A stretch of 63,529 bases of DNA from Candidatus Omnitrophota bacterium (GCA_023247235.1 JAHFGW010000001.1:64586-128114), one strand, 5' to 3'. Counted from the stretch's first letter, positions 10,592 to 20,085 are shown. Made by a program: numbers and translations. Notes: a model not told the origin generated them from the sequence alone.

Positions 10592-11144
10592 GATTTTTGC
10601 GGTTGTGCTGGCGTGGCCGCCGCTGGCCCTGCGCGCGGAGGCGGCCGCTCCGAAGCTGAGCCCGCAAGCGCAGGAAGCGGTCGCGCTGCTAGACTCGGAT
10701 GACGCGTACGAGCGGAAGATGGGCTTCCTGCGTCTTGAAGCGCTCCGCGAACCGGGAACGGCCGACATCATCCGGCGTTACTTGGACCACAAGAGCTCCG
10801 ACATGCGGGCTGACAGCCTGCGCGCGTTGGCGGCCATCGAGGGGCCGAACGCGATCCCGGAGATCCGGCAGCGGCTAGAGCGGGACAAGCGCGCGCGCGT
10901 ACGATGGTCGGCGCTCCTGGCCTTGGAACCGTTTGCGAAGAGCCACCCGGAGCTGCTGCCGATTTTTATCGGCGCGATGGACGACTATCGCACCGAGGTG
11001 CGCATGGCGGCAATTGATATCGTCAGCCGGATCAAGGATCCGGCGGCGCGCGAGGCCATCCAGCTTCACTATCGCAAGGAACTGCACCCGGACGTGCGCC
11101 GCGTCCTGAAGATGGCCCTGGAGCGAATGGGCGATGGCTCGTGA
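10590..11144 (+). CDS. secreted HEAT/PBS-lyase-repeat protein
   Basis: Signal-like N-terminus MIFAVVLAWPPLALRAEA, then repeated helical units with VR..A...L spacing. I chose the internal ATG of ORF 10248..11144 because the upstream part overlaps tRNA-Met. Confidence 0.6.
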   Translation: MIFAVVLAWPPLALRAEAAAPKLSPQAQEAVALLDSDDAYERKMGFLRLEALREPGTADIIRRYLDHKSSDMRADSLRALAAIEGPNAIPEIRQRLERDKRARVRWSALLALEPFAKSHPELLPIFIGAMDDYRTEVRMAAIDIVSRIKDPAAREAIQLHYRKELHPDVRRVLKMALERMGDGS

Positions 11145-12231
11145 CGCGTTGCTCGCTGACGTTCAAGCGACGATCCGAACCCATCAGCTATTTGCGCCAG
11201 GGGCGCGCATGCTGGTGGGCGTCTCCGGGGGGGGTGATTCGGTCGCGCTCCTACGGATCCTCGTGCTGCTGCGGCCGACATGGCGTCTAGGGCTGCGCGC
11301 GGTCCACGTGGACCACGGGCTGCGACCGGAGTCCCCGCAGGATGCGGCGTTCGTTGAGAGCCTGGGTCGGCGCTGGGACGTGCCCGTCACGGTGGTCCAA
11401 CGCGAGGTCGCTGCAGCGTGCGCCCGCCAGGGATGGTCGCTCGAAGACGGCGCGCGGCGGATTCGTTATGCGGCGTTTTGTGAGACCGCCGAGGCGGCGG
11501 GCGTCCAGGTCGTCGCGCTGGCCCATACGGCCGATGACCAAGCGGAGACGGTGCTCATGCGGTTGGTTCGCGGAACCGGGTTGCTCGGCCTGGGCGCCAT
11601 GCCGATTCGGCGGCCGCTGGAGGACCGCTGGATCGTCCGCCCGCTGCTTGAGCGGTGGCGCGAAGAGCTCCTACAGTTTCTCCGCGAGGAACACCTGCAG
11701 TGGCGCGAGGATGCCACCAACAAAGATCCGCGGTTTCTGCGAAACCGGATCCGCCATCAGCTCTTGCCGCTCTTGGCGCGCGACTATAATCCGAACATTA
11801 AGCAGGCGTTGGTCCAGCTCGCGCAGCAGAGCCTGGCGGACTATGCCTACCTACAGGACGCGGCCGGACGTCAATGGCGCCGCATTGCGAAGCCGATGAA
11901 GACGCAGGCCGCCCCAGCGGGCGCGGTGCGCGCCTGGACCGTCAGCCTCTCGGTGTCCCGGTTCTTGCACCAGCCAAAGGCCGTGCAACGGCAGCTGATG
12001 CGGCAGGCGATCCAGCGCGTGCGGGGCGACGTCGGCCGGCTGGAGTTCCGGCATTGGATCCAGGCCGAGCGGTTGTTCCAGGAGCCGCGCGCCGGATCGC
12101 TCGATTTGCCAGGCGGTGTTCAGCTTCGGCGAGAGTCCGACCGCGTCATCTGCGAGGTGCTTGGGCCTCAGCGTGCGCCAGCCGAGTCCGCTCGCCTGCG
12201 CCTTTCGCGTCCTCCGTCGACGCTTGCGTAA
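11134..12231 (+). CDS. tilS: tRNA(Ile)-lysidine synthase
   Basis: PP-loop VGVSGGGDSVALL, AHTADDQAETVLMRLVRG block, 365 aa. Confidence 0.9.
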   Translation: MARDALLADVQATIRTHQLFAPGARMLVGVSGGGDSVALLRILVLLRPTWRLGLRAVHVDHGLRPESPQDAAFVESLGRRWDVPVTVVQREVAAACARQGWSLEDGARRIRYAAFCETAEAAGVQVVALAHTADDQAETVLMRLVRGTGLLGLGAMPIRRPLEDRWIVRPLLERWREELLQFLREEHLQWREDATNKDPRFLRNRIRHQLLPLLARDYNPNIKQALVQLAQQSLADYAYLQDAAGRQWRRIAKPMKTQAAPAGAVRAWTVSLSVSRFLHQPKAVQRQLMRQAIQRVRGDVGRLEFRHWIQAERLFQEPRAGSLDLPGGVQLRRESDRVICEVLGPQRAPAESARLRLSRPPSTLA

Positions 12232-12306
12232 ACCCCGTAAGACGCGGTAATATAATACGCTGCGTCAGAGTAGGGCGGCAGCCTCTATCGAGGAGCCAGA
12301 TATCTC

Positions 12307-14205
<1,899 letters not shown>

Positions 14206-14218
14206 CTCGCGGGTCCCC

Positions 14219-15109
14219 ATGCCCCGCGAGCACATGCACCCCACCCCAAGCCGCAATGGCGGATCCGTGGCGTCGCGCCTCATTCGATGCGGCCGTTATC
14301 GCGTGCGCATCGAGCGACGCCCGCTCATCATGGGGATCCTGAATGTCACGCCCGACTCCTTCAGCGACGGCGGTCGTTTCGTCTCGCCCCGCGCCGCGCT
14401 TGAGCATGGCCTGGCCATGGTCGAGGATGGAGCCGATCTCCTTGATGTCGGCGGGGAGTCCACGAGGCCCGGATCGCGCCCCGTGCCGCTCGGCGAAGAG
14501 CTGCGACGGACCATTCCGGTGATTGAACGGCTGGCGAAGCGGGTGCGTTTGCCGATCGCCGTCGATACCACCAAGGCGGAAGTGGCTCGACGGGCGCTGG
14601 AGGCAGGCGCCTCGATCGTGAATGACACCTCGGCGCTTCGCGATGACCCTGAGATGCTTGAACTGCTTGCCGCCCGCGAGGCCGCGGTCATCCTGATGCA
14701 TCGAGCCGGCACCCCGCGGACGATGCAGCGACATGCGGCCTATGGCGATGTGGTGGAAGAGATCGCGGCGTTTCTCTCGCGGCGGGCCATGACGGCCTGC
14801 CGCGCAGGCGTTGACGCCTCGCGTATCGTGTTGGACCCGGGCATCGGCTTCGGCAAGACCCTGGCGCATAATCTCGCGCTGCTGCGGGGGCTCCACCAAC
14901 TGCTCGCGCTGGGCTATCCCATTCTCCTCGGTCCATCCCGAAAGTCTTTTCTCGGCACGCTCCTTGGAGCGCCGGTGGAAGACCGGCTGGCCGGAACGCT
15001 CGCATGTCTGGCGGCCGCCATGCGGCAGGGAGTCCATATCGTGCGCGTCCACGATGTCAGGCCGGCGGCGCAGCTGCTGCGGACGTTGGAGGCCATTGAA
15101 GCGGCATGA
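14219..15109 (+). CDS. folP: dihydropteroate synthase
   Basis: GILNVTPDSFSDGG and DVGGESTRPG motifs. The exact start is uncertain. Confidence 0.9.
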   Translation: MPREHMHPTPSRNGGSVASRLIRCGRYRVRIERRPLIMGILNVTPDSFSDGGRFVSPRAALEHGLAMVEDGADLLDVGGESTRPGSRPVPLGEELRRTIPVIERLAKRVRLPIAVDTTKAEVARRALEAGASIVNDTSALRDDPEMLELLAAREAAVILMHRAGTPRTMQRHAAYGDVVEEIAAFLSRRAMTACRAGVDASRIVLDPGIGFGKTLAHNLALLRGLHQLLALGYPILLGPSRKSFLGTLLGAPVEDRLAGTLACLAAAMRQGVHIVRVHDVRPAAQLLRTLEAIEAA

Positions 15110-15867
15110 GGGCACAGGACGGGCGGGTTATGCGGCTGGGCGTGAACGTCGATCATATTGCGACAATCCGCCAGGCCCGGCGCGGTCGGCATCCCGACCC
15201 GATTGAGGCCGGGCACGTCGCCGAGCGGGCGGGCGCGAGCAGCATAGTCTGCCACCTGCGCGAGGACCGGCGACATATTCAAGATGAAGACGTCCGAAAG
15301 CTGCGGGCTGCCGTTTCGCGTCTGAATCTTGAGATGTCCATCGCCCGAGACATCGTCGCGGTGGCGTTGGAGGTTGGGCCGCAGCAGGTGACGCTGGTTC
15401 CTGAACGGCGACAGGAGCTGACGACTGAAGGGGGACTGGATGTCGTGAAGTTGCGGCGGCGGCTTGGCCCGTTGATTGAGCGGTTCCGCGGCGCCGGCAT
15501 TATCCCAAGCCTGTTCATTAATCCCGTGGCCACGCAGATCCGGGCGGCGCGCCAGCTCGGCGCTCCCGTCATCGAGCTGCATACGGGCCGCTACGCGGAG
15601 GCGATCTCGGCCACTGCGCGCGGCCGCGAGCTCGCTGCGCTTCGCAAGGCGTCCCAATTGGCCGCGGCGCTCGGCCTGACGATTGCGGCCGGCCACGGGT
15701 TGGACTATGAGAACACGGGCGCGATCGCCCAGATTCCGGAGATTGAAGAGCTGAACATCGGGTTCTCCATCATCACGCGGGCGCTTGCCGTCGGCATGGA
15801 CGAGGCGGTGCGGCAGATGGTGCGACTCATCGCGGAGCAGCGGGTGGATGCCCTCCAAGCGGCGTGA
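15106..15867 (+). CDS. pdxJ: pyridoxine 5'-phosphate synthase
   Basis: LGVNVDHIATIRQARR and HLREDRRHI motifs. ATGA overlap with folP; an alternative start is at 15130. Confidence 0.9.
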   Translation: MRAQDGRVMRLGVNVDHIATIRQARRGRHPDPIEAGHVAERAGASSIVCHLREDRRHIQDEDVRKLRAAVSRLNLEMSIARDIVAVALEVGPQQVTLVPERRQELTTEGGLDVVKLRRRLGPLIERFRGAGIIPSLFINPVATQIRAARQLGAPVIELHTGRYAEAISATARGRELAALRKASQLAAALGLTIAAGHGLDYENTGAIAQIPEIEELNIGFSIITRALAVGMDEAVRQMVRLIAEQRVDALQAA

Positions 15868-15874
15868 CGCCCGC

Positions 15875-16249
15875 GTGCGCGGCTCGGCGCTGGCCTGCGG
15901 CGTCGATGTCGTAGAGTTGGCGCGGCTCGCGCAGGCGATCCGGCGCGGCGGGAACGCCTTCATGCGGCGTATCTTCACGGTGCATGAGACCGCCTACGCT
16001 CGGGCGCGCAAGCGCACGACACTGCAGCACCTGGCGGGGCGCTTCGCCGCGAAAGAAGCCGTCATCAAGGCCCTGGCACAGGTCGACCCGCAGCATGTCC
16101 CTGCCATGAATCAAATCGAGATCCGCAATGACCGTCACGGCCGACCATCGGTGGTGCTCATGGACCGACGCCGCCGGCGGGTCAAGATCCATGTAAGCCT
16201 CTCCCATGTCGATACCGTGGCCGTGGCCAGCGCGATCGTGACGCGATGA
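15875..16249 (+). CDS. acpS: holo-[acyl-carrier-protein] synthase
   Basis: GVDVVEL...FTVHE...RFAAKEAVIKAL...SLSH pattern of 4'-phosphopantetheinyl transferases. I chose an in-frame GTG just after the pdxJ stop; the ORF track starts it at 15785. Confidence 0.8.
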   Translation: MRGSALACGVDVVELARLAQAIRRGGNAFMRRIFTVHETAYARARKRTTLQHLAGRFAAKEAVIKALAQVDPQHVPAMNQIEIRNDRHGRPSVVLMDRRRRRVKIHVSLSHVDTVAVASAIVTR

Positions 16250-16403
16250 TCCCACCACCTGCTACCGGCCGCCGCAGGCGGCCTCGGCCGGCTCGTTACG
16301 GCGAAGCACCGGGACGCCGGCCGTGGCGGTGGCGTATGATGTCTCATAGGTCTCGAGTCCCCGCCTCCCAGTGTCGCCACCGCCAGGAGCAGGTGGGGGA
16401 ATG
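16247..16403 (+). mobile_element. 157-nt terminal-inverted-repeat element, copy A (acpS stop TGA to nnrD start ATG)
   Basis: TGATCCCACCACCTGCT...AGCAGGTGGGGGAATG. Blocks at positions 31-54 and 71-88 are identical to copy C at 43698-43854. ATGA is present at both flanks. Confidence 0.8.
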
Positions 16404-17264
16404 ATCCCTGCCGGCCTGCTGCCGCCTCGTCAACCCGAAGCACACAAGGGGGATGCGGGGCGGGTGCTGATCGTGGCCGGCTCGATGCATTATAGTGGGG
16501 CGGCCGCGCTGTGCGTGCTGGGAGCCTTGCGCGCGGGGGCAGGGCTGGTGACGCTCGCCACGCCCAAGAGTTTGCACGGCCCGATGGTGCAGAAGCTGAC
16601 CGAGGCGATGTGCATCCCGCTGCCGGAGACGCGGGAGGGCAGTGTGAGCATCCAGGCGCTGCCCGAGTTGGCACGCCTGGGCGATCGGGCGGAGGCGGTT
16701 GCGATCGGGCCGGGCCTGTCGCAGGAGGCGCAGACGAAGACGCTCCTGCGGCAGCTGCTGCCCAAGATCGTCAAGCCGCTGGTGGTGGACGCGGACGGGC
16801 TGAATGCCCTGGCCGAAGAGGTTGACCTCCTCAGGCGCCGGACGCTGCCATGCATCCTCACGCCGCATCCGGGCGAGATGGCGCGGCTGATTCGCCAGTC
16901 GGCGGAGGCGGTGCAGTCGGATCGCGAGCGGATCGCCGGAGAGTTTGCAAAGAAATACCAAGTGGTCGTCGTCCTCAAAGGCCACCGCAGCGTTGTGGCG
17001 AATTTCGACGGCACCCTCTACGTCAACGAGACAGGGAACCCGGGGATGGCGTCGGGGGGCTCGGGGGATGTGCTGACAGGCATGATCGTCGGCTTGCTGG
17101 GGCAGCGCCTTTCGCTCTTTGATGCCGCACGCCTGGGCGTCTACCTGCACGGTTTGGCCGGCGACCTGGCTGCTCGCGAGAAGGGCGAGATAGGCTTGAT
17201 TGCGTCAGACGTCGCCGATAGAATACCGCTGGCGATCCGCCAGTATCAGAGCTCGCCGACGTAG
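16401..17264 (+). CDS. nnrD: ADP-dependent NAD(P)H-hydrate dehydratase (YjeF C-terminal/Nnr family)
   Basis: HKGDAGRVLIVAGS and GGSGDVLTGMI motifs. Start taken at the ATG created at the right end of the 157-nt element. Confidence 0.85.
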   Translation: MIPAGLLPPRQPEAHKGDAGRVLIVAGSMHYSGAAALCVLGALRAGAGLVTLATPKSLHGPMVQKLTEAMCIPLPETREGSVSIQALPELARLGDRAEAVAIGPGLSQEAQTKTLLRQLLPKIVKPLVVDADGLNALAEEVDLLRRRTLPCILTPHPGEMARLIRQSAEAVQSDRERIAGEFAKKYQVVVVLKGHRSVVANFDGTLYVNETGNPGMASGGSGDVLTGMIVGLLGQRLSLFDAARLGVYLHGLAGDLAAREKGEIGLIASDVADRIPLAIRQYQSSPT

Positions 17265-17300
17265 CTCAGGGGCAGAGCAGCTGTTGTGTCCCTCGTCGGC
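17255..17300 (+). pseudogene. 5' half of a Thr-like tRNA (acceptor, D arm, 5' anticodon stem) closed prematurely by a copy of its own 3' acceptor strand
   Basis: GCCGACG-TA-GCTC-AGGGGCA-GAGC-A-GCTGT then TGTGTCCCT-CGTCGGC. It overlaps the last codons of nnrD. Confidence 0.5.
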
Positions 17301-17315
17301 AACGAGCAACGACGC

Positions 17316-17387
17316 GCTGGCGTAGCTCAATGGTAGAGCAGCGGTTTTGTAAACCGCCGGTTGGAGGTTCGATTCCTCTCGCCAGCT
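17316..17387 (+). tRNA. tRNA-Thr (anticodon TGT)
   Basis: GCTGGCG/TA/GCTC-AATGGTA-GAGC/A/GCGGT-TTTGTAA-ACCGC/CGGTT/GGAGG-TTCGATT-CCTCT/CGCCAGC/T. Confidence 0.9.
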
Positions 17388-17432
17388 CGCCTCCTCGGGA
17401 TCTCATAGGATCCTGAGCGCAGCGAAGGATAC

Positions 17433-17467
17433 ACAGCGGGTCGGGGGTTCAAATCCCTCCGTCGGCT
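17433..17467 (+). pseudogene. 3' half of the same Thr-like tRNA (3' anticodon stem ACAGC, variable loop, T arm, acceptor CGTCGGC, discriminator T)
   Basis: ACAGC is complementary to GCTGT at 17280-17284, and CGTCGGC is complementary to GCCGACG at 17255-17261. GGGGG-TTCAAAT-CCCTC forms the T arm. Confidence 0.5.
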
Positions 17468-17495
17468 CCTTGATCTTTCAGACTGAAGGTGCGTT

Positions 17496-17581
17496 GGGCA
17501 GGTGCCGGAGTGGCCAATCGGAGCAGCCTGTAAAGCTGCCGGGCTTACCGCCCTACGGAGGTTCGAACCCTCCCCTGCCCA
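17496..17581 (+). tRNA. tRNA-Tyr (anticodon GTA, long variable arm)
   Basis: GGGCAGG...CCTGTAAAG anticodon loop...long extra arm...GGAGG-TTCGAAC-CCTCC/CCTGCCC/A. Confidence 0.9.
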
Positions 17582-17584
17582 CCG

Positions 17585-17640
17585 TTTCCTTTCAGGAAAG
17601 GGATGGTTTCAAGGAAGGGAAAACTTCGTTTTCCCTTCCT
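17585..17640 (+). repeat. small hairpin TTTCCT-TTC-AGGAAA, AGGAAAGGGATGGTT box and perfect hairpin AGGAAGGGAAAAC-TTC-GTTTTCCCTTCCT
   Basis: Second copy of the element at 10151-10200. Confidence 0.8.
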
Positions 17641-17731
17641 GATCGAGCCTACATTCTGTATCGTTCGTTCCTCTTAGGAAAGGGAGACCAGGGAGTCCCG
17701 CGGTTAGGTAGGCCATGGCGGGACGACCGCG

Positions 17732-17759
17732 AGGAGGGAAAACCTAGGTTTTCCCTCCT
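17732..17759 (+). repeat. 28-nt perfect palindrome AGGAGGGAAAACCTAGGTTTTCCCTCCT (variant of the GGAAGGGAAAAC hairpin)
   Basis: Read directly from the sequence. It is preceded at 17676-17697 by an AGGAAAGGGAGACCAGGGAG box that resembles the box in the other two copies. Confidence 0.75.
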
Positions 17760-17792
17760 AGGGAGCCCCCCTAAGAGGACTGCTGGTGCGAC

Positions 17793-17863
17793 GCGGGCAT
17801 AGCACAGTGGTAGTGCACCAGTTTTCCAAACTGGCTACGCGGGTTCGATTCCCGCTGCCCGCT
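17793..17863 (+). tRNA. tRNA-Gly (anticodon TCC)
   Basis: GCGGGCA/TA/GCAC-AGTGGTA-GTGC/A/CCAGT-TTTCCAA-ACTGG/CTAC/GCGGG-TTCGATT-CCCGC/TGCCCGC/T. Confidence 0.9.
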
Positions 17864-17899
17864 GTCTCCCTCCAAAGTCCTGCAAACGCCACATAACGC

Positions 17900-17928
17900 T
17901 TGACAAGGCTGCTGAGTCGCGCTAAAAT
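17900..17928 (+). promoter_or_regulatory. sigma-70-like promoter candidate TTGACA-N17-TAAAAT
   Basis: Hexamers and spacing read from the sequence. It lies upstream of the small HTH ORF in a lower-GC stretch. Confidence 0.45.
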
Positions 17929-18021
17929 TCCTCTTCGTGTTTCGAACTGCACGCGACAGCCCGCCAGTCGAACAGAGCTACAGGGTTTCCGCGAACAATG
18001 AGTGCAAGGGAGGTGAGTGTC

Positions 18022-18207
18022 GTGGCACACATCATGAATGTCGATGAGGTGGCCCGCTACCTCGGGATCGTCCCAGACACCGTCTACCGCAAGGCGCGGC
18101 GCGGCGAGATCCCGGCGGTGAAGATGGGAAAAGTATGGCGGTTCCCGAAAGAAACGCTAGACAAGTGGCTCAACGACCAGGCACTTCAGATGGTCAAAAA
18201 GACTTGA
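18022..18207 (+). CDS. small excisionase-family (MerR-superfamily) helix-turn-helix DNA-binding protein
   Basis: MNVDEVARYLGIVPDTVYRKARRGEIPAVKMGKVWRFPKETLDKWL matches the Xis/AlpA-type HTH_17 pattern. GTG 18022 has a GGGAGG 9 nt upstream; ATG 17998 and ATG 18034 are alternative starts. Confidence 0.65.
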   Translation: MAHIMNVDEVARYLGIVPDTVYRKARRGEIPAVKMGKVWRFPKETLDKWLNDQALQMVKKT

Positions 18208-18232
18208 CAGCCGTCTGATGCTTGGCATAATA
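18204..18232 (+). promoter_or_regulatory. sigma-70-like promoter candidate TTGACA-N16-CATAAT (or N17-ATAATA)
   Basis: Overlaps the HTH stop codon. It is the only good promoter-like sequence upstream of tRNA-Thr(GGT)-tuf. Confidence 0.45.
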
Positions 18233-18471
18233 GAGGTTTACGTTTGAGTTACTCTCCGCTCGCAATCCATGACGAATTGCTTTGACATGTGGGCGTGCCG
18301 CGCGCGCAGGGAGTCGGGTTCTCGCCCGACGCTGCGCGACCGACGCGATGGGTCTTGCGTCCACGCGAGTTGGTCGCAGTGAATTTCGGCGCTTCTCGCA
18401 TCATCAGGTAAGCATGCCGAATTGCATCCCCTGGAACGACATCACACGGCCGGTCTGCATGGTCTCGCCGC

Positions 18472-18543
18472 GCTGGAGTAGCTCAGGGGCAGAGCACGTG
18501 CATGGTAAGCACGGGGTCACGGGTTCAATTCCCGTCTCCAGCT
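18472..18543 (+). tRNA. tRNA-Thr (anticodon GGT)
   Basis: GCTGGAG/TA/GCTC-AGGGGCA-GAGC/A/CGTGC-ATGGTAA-GCACG/GGGTC/ACGGG-TTCAATT-CCCGT/CTCCAGC/T. Confidence 0.9.
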
Positions 18544-18623
18544 TGGTTTCCGCTGCGGGGGAATTGAGCGGTCAACGGGCGCGACGCATTTAAGGGACGC
18601 GCAACGGGCGAGGAGGAGTTCCG

Positions 18624-19814
18624 ATGGCCAAAGCCAAATTCGAACGGACCAAGCCCCACGTGAACATCGGCACGATCGGCCACGTCGATCACGGCAAGAC
18701 GACCCTGACCTCCGCGATCACCAAGGTCCTCGCCCGCGCCGGCCTGGCCCAGGCGCGCAGCTACGAGGAGATCGACAACGCCCCCGAGGAGCGCGAGCGC
18801 GGGGTGACGATCAACGTCCACCACGCCGAGTACGAGACCCCGGCGCGCCACTACGCCCATGTCGACTGCCCGGGCCATGCCGACTACATCAAGAACATGA
18901 TCACCGGCGCCGCCCAGATGGACGGCGCCATCCTGGTCGTCTCCGCGGTCGATGGGCCCATGCCCCAGACCCGTGAGCACATCCTCCTGGGCCGCCAGGT
19001 CGGCCTGCCCACGATCGTCGTCTTCCTCAATAAGGTCGATGCGGTCGAAGACCCGGAGCTCTTGGACCTCGTCGAGCTGGAGGTCCGGGAGCTCTTGACC
19101 AAGTACGGCTTCCCGGGGGAGAAGACCCCGATCATCCGCGGCTCGGCCCTGCTCGCCGCCCAGGGCGACCAGGGGGAGCTGGGCGAGCCGGCCATCACGA
19201 AGCTCCTGGCCGCGGTGGACACCGCCATCCCCACCCCCACGCGCGACATCGAGCGGCCCTTCCTCATGTCGGTCGAAGATGTCTTCTCGATCACCGGCCG
19301 CGGCACCGTGGGGACCGGCCGCGTGGAGCGCGGCAAGGTCACCGTGGGCCAGGAGGTGGAGATCGTCGGCCTCAAGGCGACCAGCAAGTCCGTCGTGACC
19401 GGCATTGAGATGTTCCGCAAGCTCCTGGAGGAGGGCATCGCCGGAGACAACCTGGGGGTCCTGCTGCGCGGCCTCGAGAAAGCGGACCTGCAGCGGGGCA
19501 TGGTCCTGGCCGCCCCGGGCACGATCACCCCGCATACGACCTTCACGGCCGAGGTCTACTGCCTCACGAAAGAAGAAGGCGGCCGCCACACCCCCTTCTT
19601 TAAGGGCTACCGCCCGCAGTTCTACTTCCGCACGACCGATGTGACCGGCGCGGTCACCTTGCCCGAGAAGACCGAGATGGTCATGCCGGGGGATAACATC
19701 CGCGTGACGGTCGAGCTCATCCAGCCCATCGCCATGGAGAAAGAGCAGCGCTTCGCCATCCGCGAAGGCGGCAAGACCGTCGGGGCGGGCGTCATCACGG
19801 AGATCCTCAAGTGA
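18624..19814 (+). CDS. tuf: elongation factor Tu, copy 1
   Basis: [18 protein letters not shown] and NKVD GTPase motifs, 396 aa. Identical to the product of 34302..35492. Confidence 0.97.
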   Translation: MAKAKFERTKPHVNIGTIGHVDHGKTTLTSAITKVLARAGLAQARSYEEIDNAPEERERGVTINVHHAEYETPARHYAHVDCPGHADYIKNMITGAAQMDGAILVVSAVDGPMPQTREHILLGRQVGLPTIVVFLNKVDAVEDPELLDLVELEVRELLTKYGFPGEKTPIIRGSALLAAQGDQGELGEPAITKLLAAVDTAIPTPTRDIERPFLMSVEDVFSITGRGTVGTGRVERGKVTVGQEVEIVGLKATSKSVVTGIEMFRKLLEEGIAGDNLGVLLRGLEKADLQRGMVLAAPGTITPHTTFTAEVYCLTKEEGGRHTPFFKGYRPQFYFRTTDVTGAVTLPEKTEMVMPGDNIRVTVELIQPIAMEKEQRFAIREGGKTVGAGVITEILK

Positions 19815-19859
19815 GGGTCGGGCGCACCCCGAACCCCGAACCCCGAACCCCGAACTAAC
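19815..19859 (+). repeat. short bulged stem (GGGTCGGG/CCCCGAACCC) plus CCCCGAA x4 heptamer array (H3a)
   Basis: CCCCGAA at 19827, 19834, 19841 and 19848. Duplicated at 35493-35537. Confidence 0.75.
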
Positions 19860-20012
19860 ATGGCGCAGGATCAAGTGACGCTGGCCTGCACCGATTGCCA
19901 GCGGCGGAACTACCACACGAGCAAGAACAAGCGCAACGTGACGGATCGGCTCCAGCTGCGGCGGTACTGCAAGTGGTGCCGGAAGCATACGTCGCACAAA
20001 GAAACCAAGTAA
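19860..20012 (+). CDS. rpmG: 50S ribosomal protein L33 (zinc-ribbon form)
   Basis: Hand translation [50 protein letters not shown]. It is below the length cut-off of the ORF track. Confidence 0.9.
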   Translation: MAQDQVTLACTDCQRRNYHTSKNKRNVTDRLQLRRYCKWCRKHTSHKETK

Positions 20013-20085
20013 TGCAGCACGCAGCGCCGAGATGGAGGACGGCCGCCGACGACGGAATCGAAGGGGCACGGTGTGAGGCCTCATC

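Larger units (their letters stand above)
18624..19869 (+). repeat. 1,246-bp direct repeat, copy 1 (tuf, heptamer array and first 10 nt of the next gene)
   Basis: The sense and two antisense-frame ORF translations are identical between 18624-19869 and 34302-35547. The flanks diverge immediately outside. Confidence 0.85.

Noticed and set aside
12251-12256. TATAAT box upstream of ftsH
   Set aside because: The nearest -35-like hexamer (TTGCGT, 12224-12229) is 21 nt away, so a promoter call is not supported.
17255-17467. Intron-containing tRNA (group I) or tmRNA
   Set aside because: The 148-nt intervening sequence is too short, shows no group I core elements that I can recognise, and contains a complete tRNA. 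The acceptor lacks the G3-U70 pair, and the length is far below that of a tmRNA.
17470-17802. 110-aa plus-strand ORF
   Set aside because: It runs through tRNA-Tyr and the palindromic hairpins and into tRNA-Gly, so it is not coding.
18525-20084. 519-aa ORF on the minus strand (and its twin at 34236..35585)
   Set aside because: It is antisense to tuf. The product is a low-complexity Arg/Gly/Ala/Asp-rich sequence typical of open antisense frames in GC-rich DNA, and it overlaps tRNA-Thr and rpmG.
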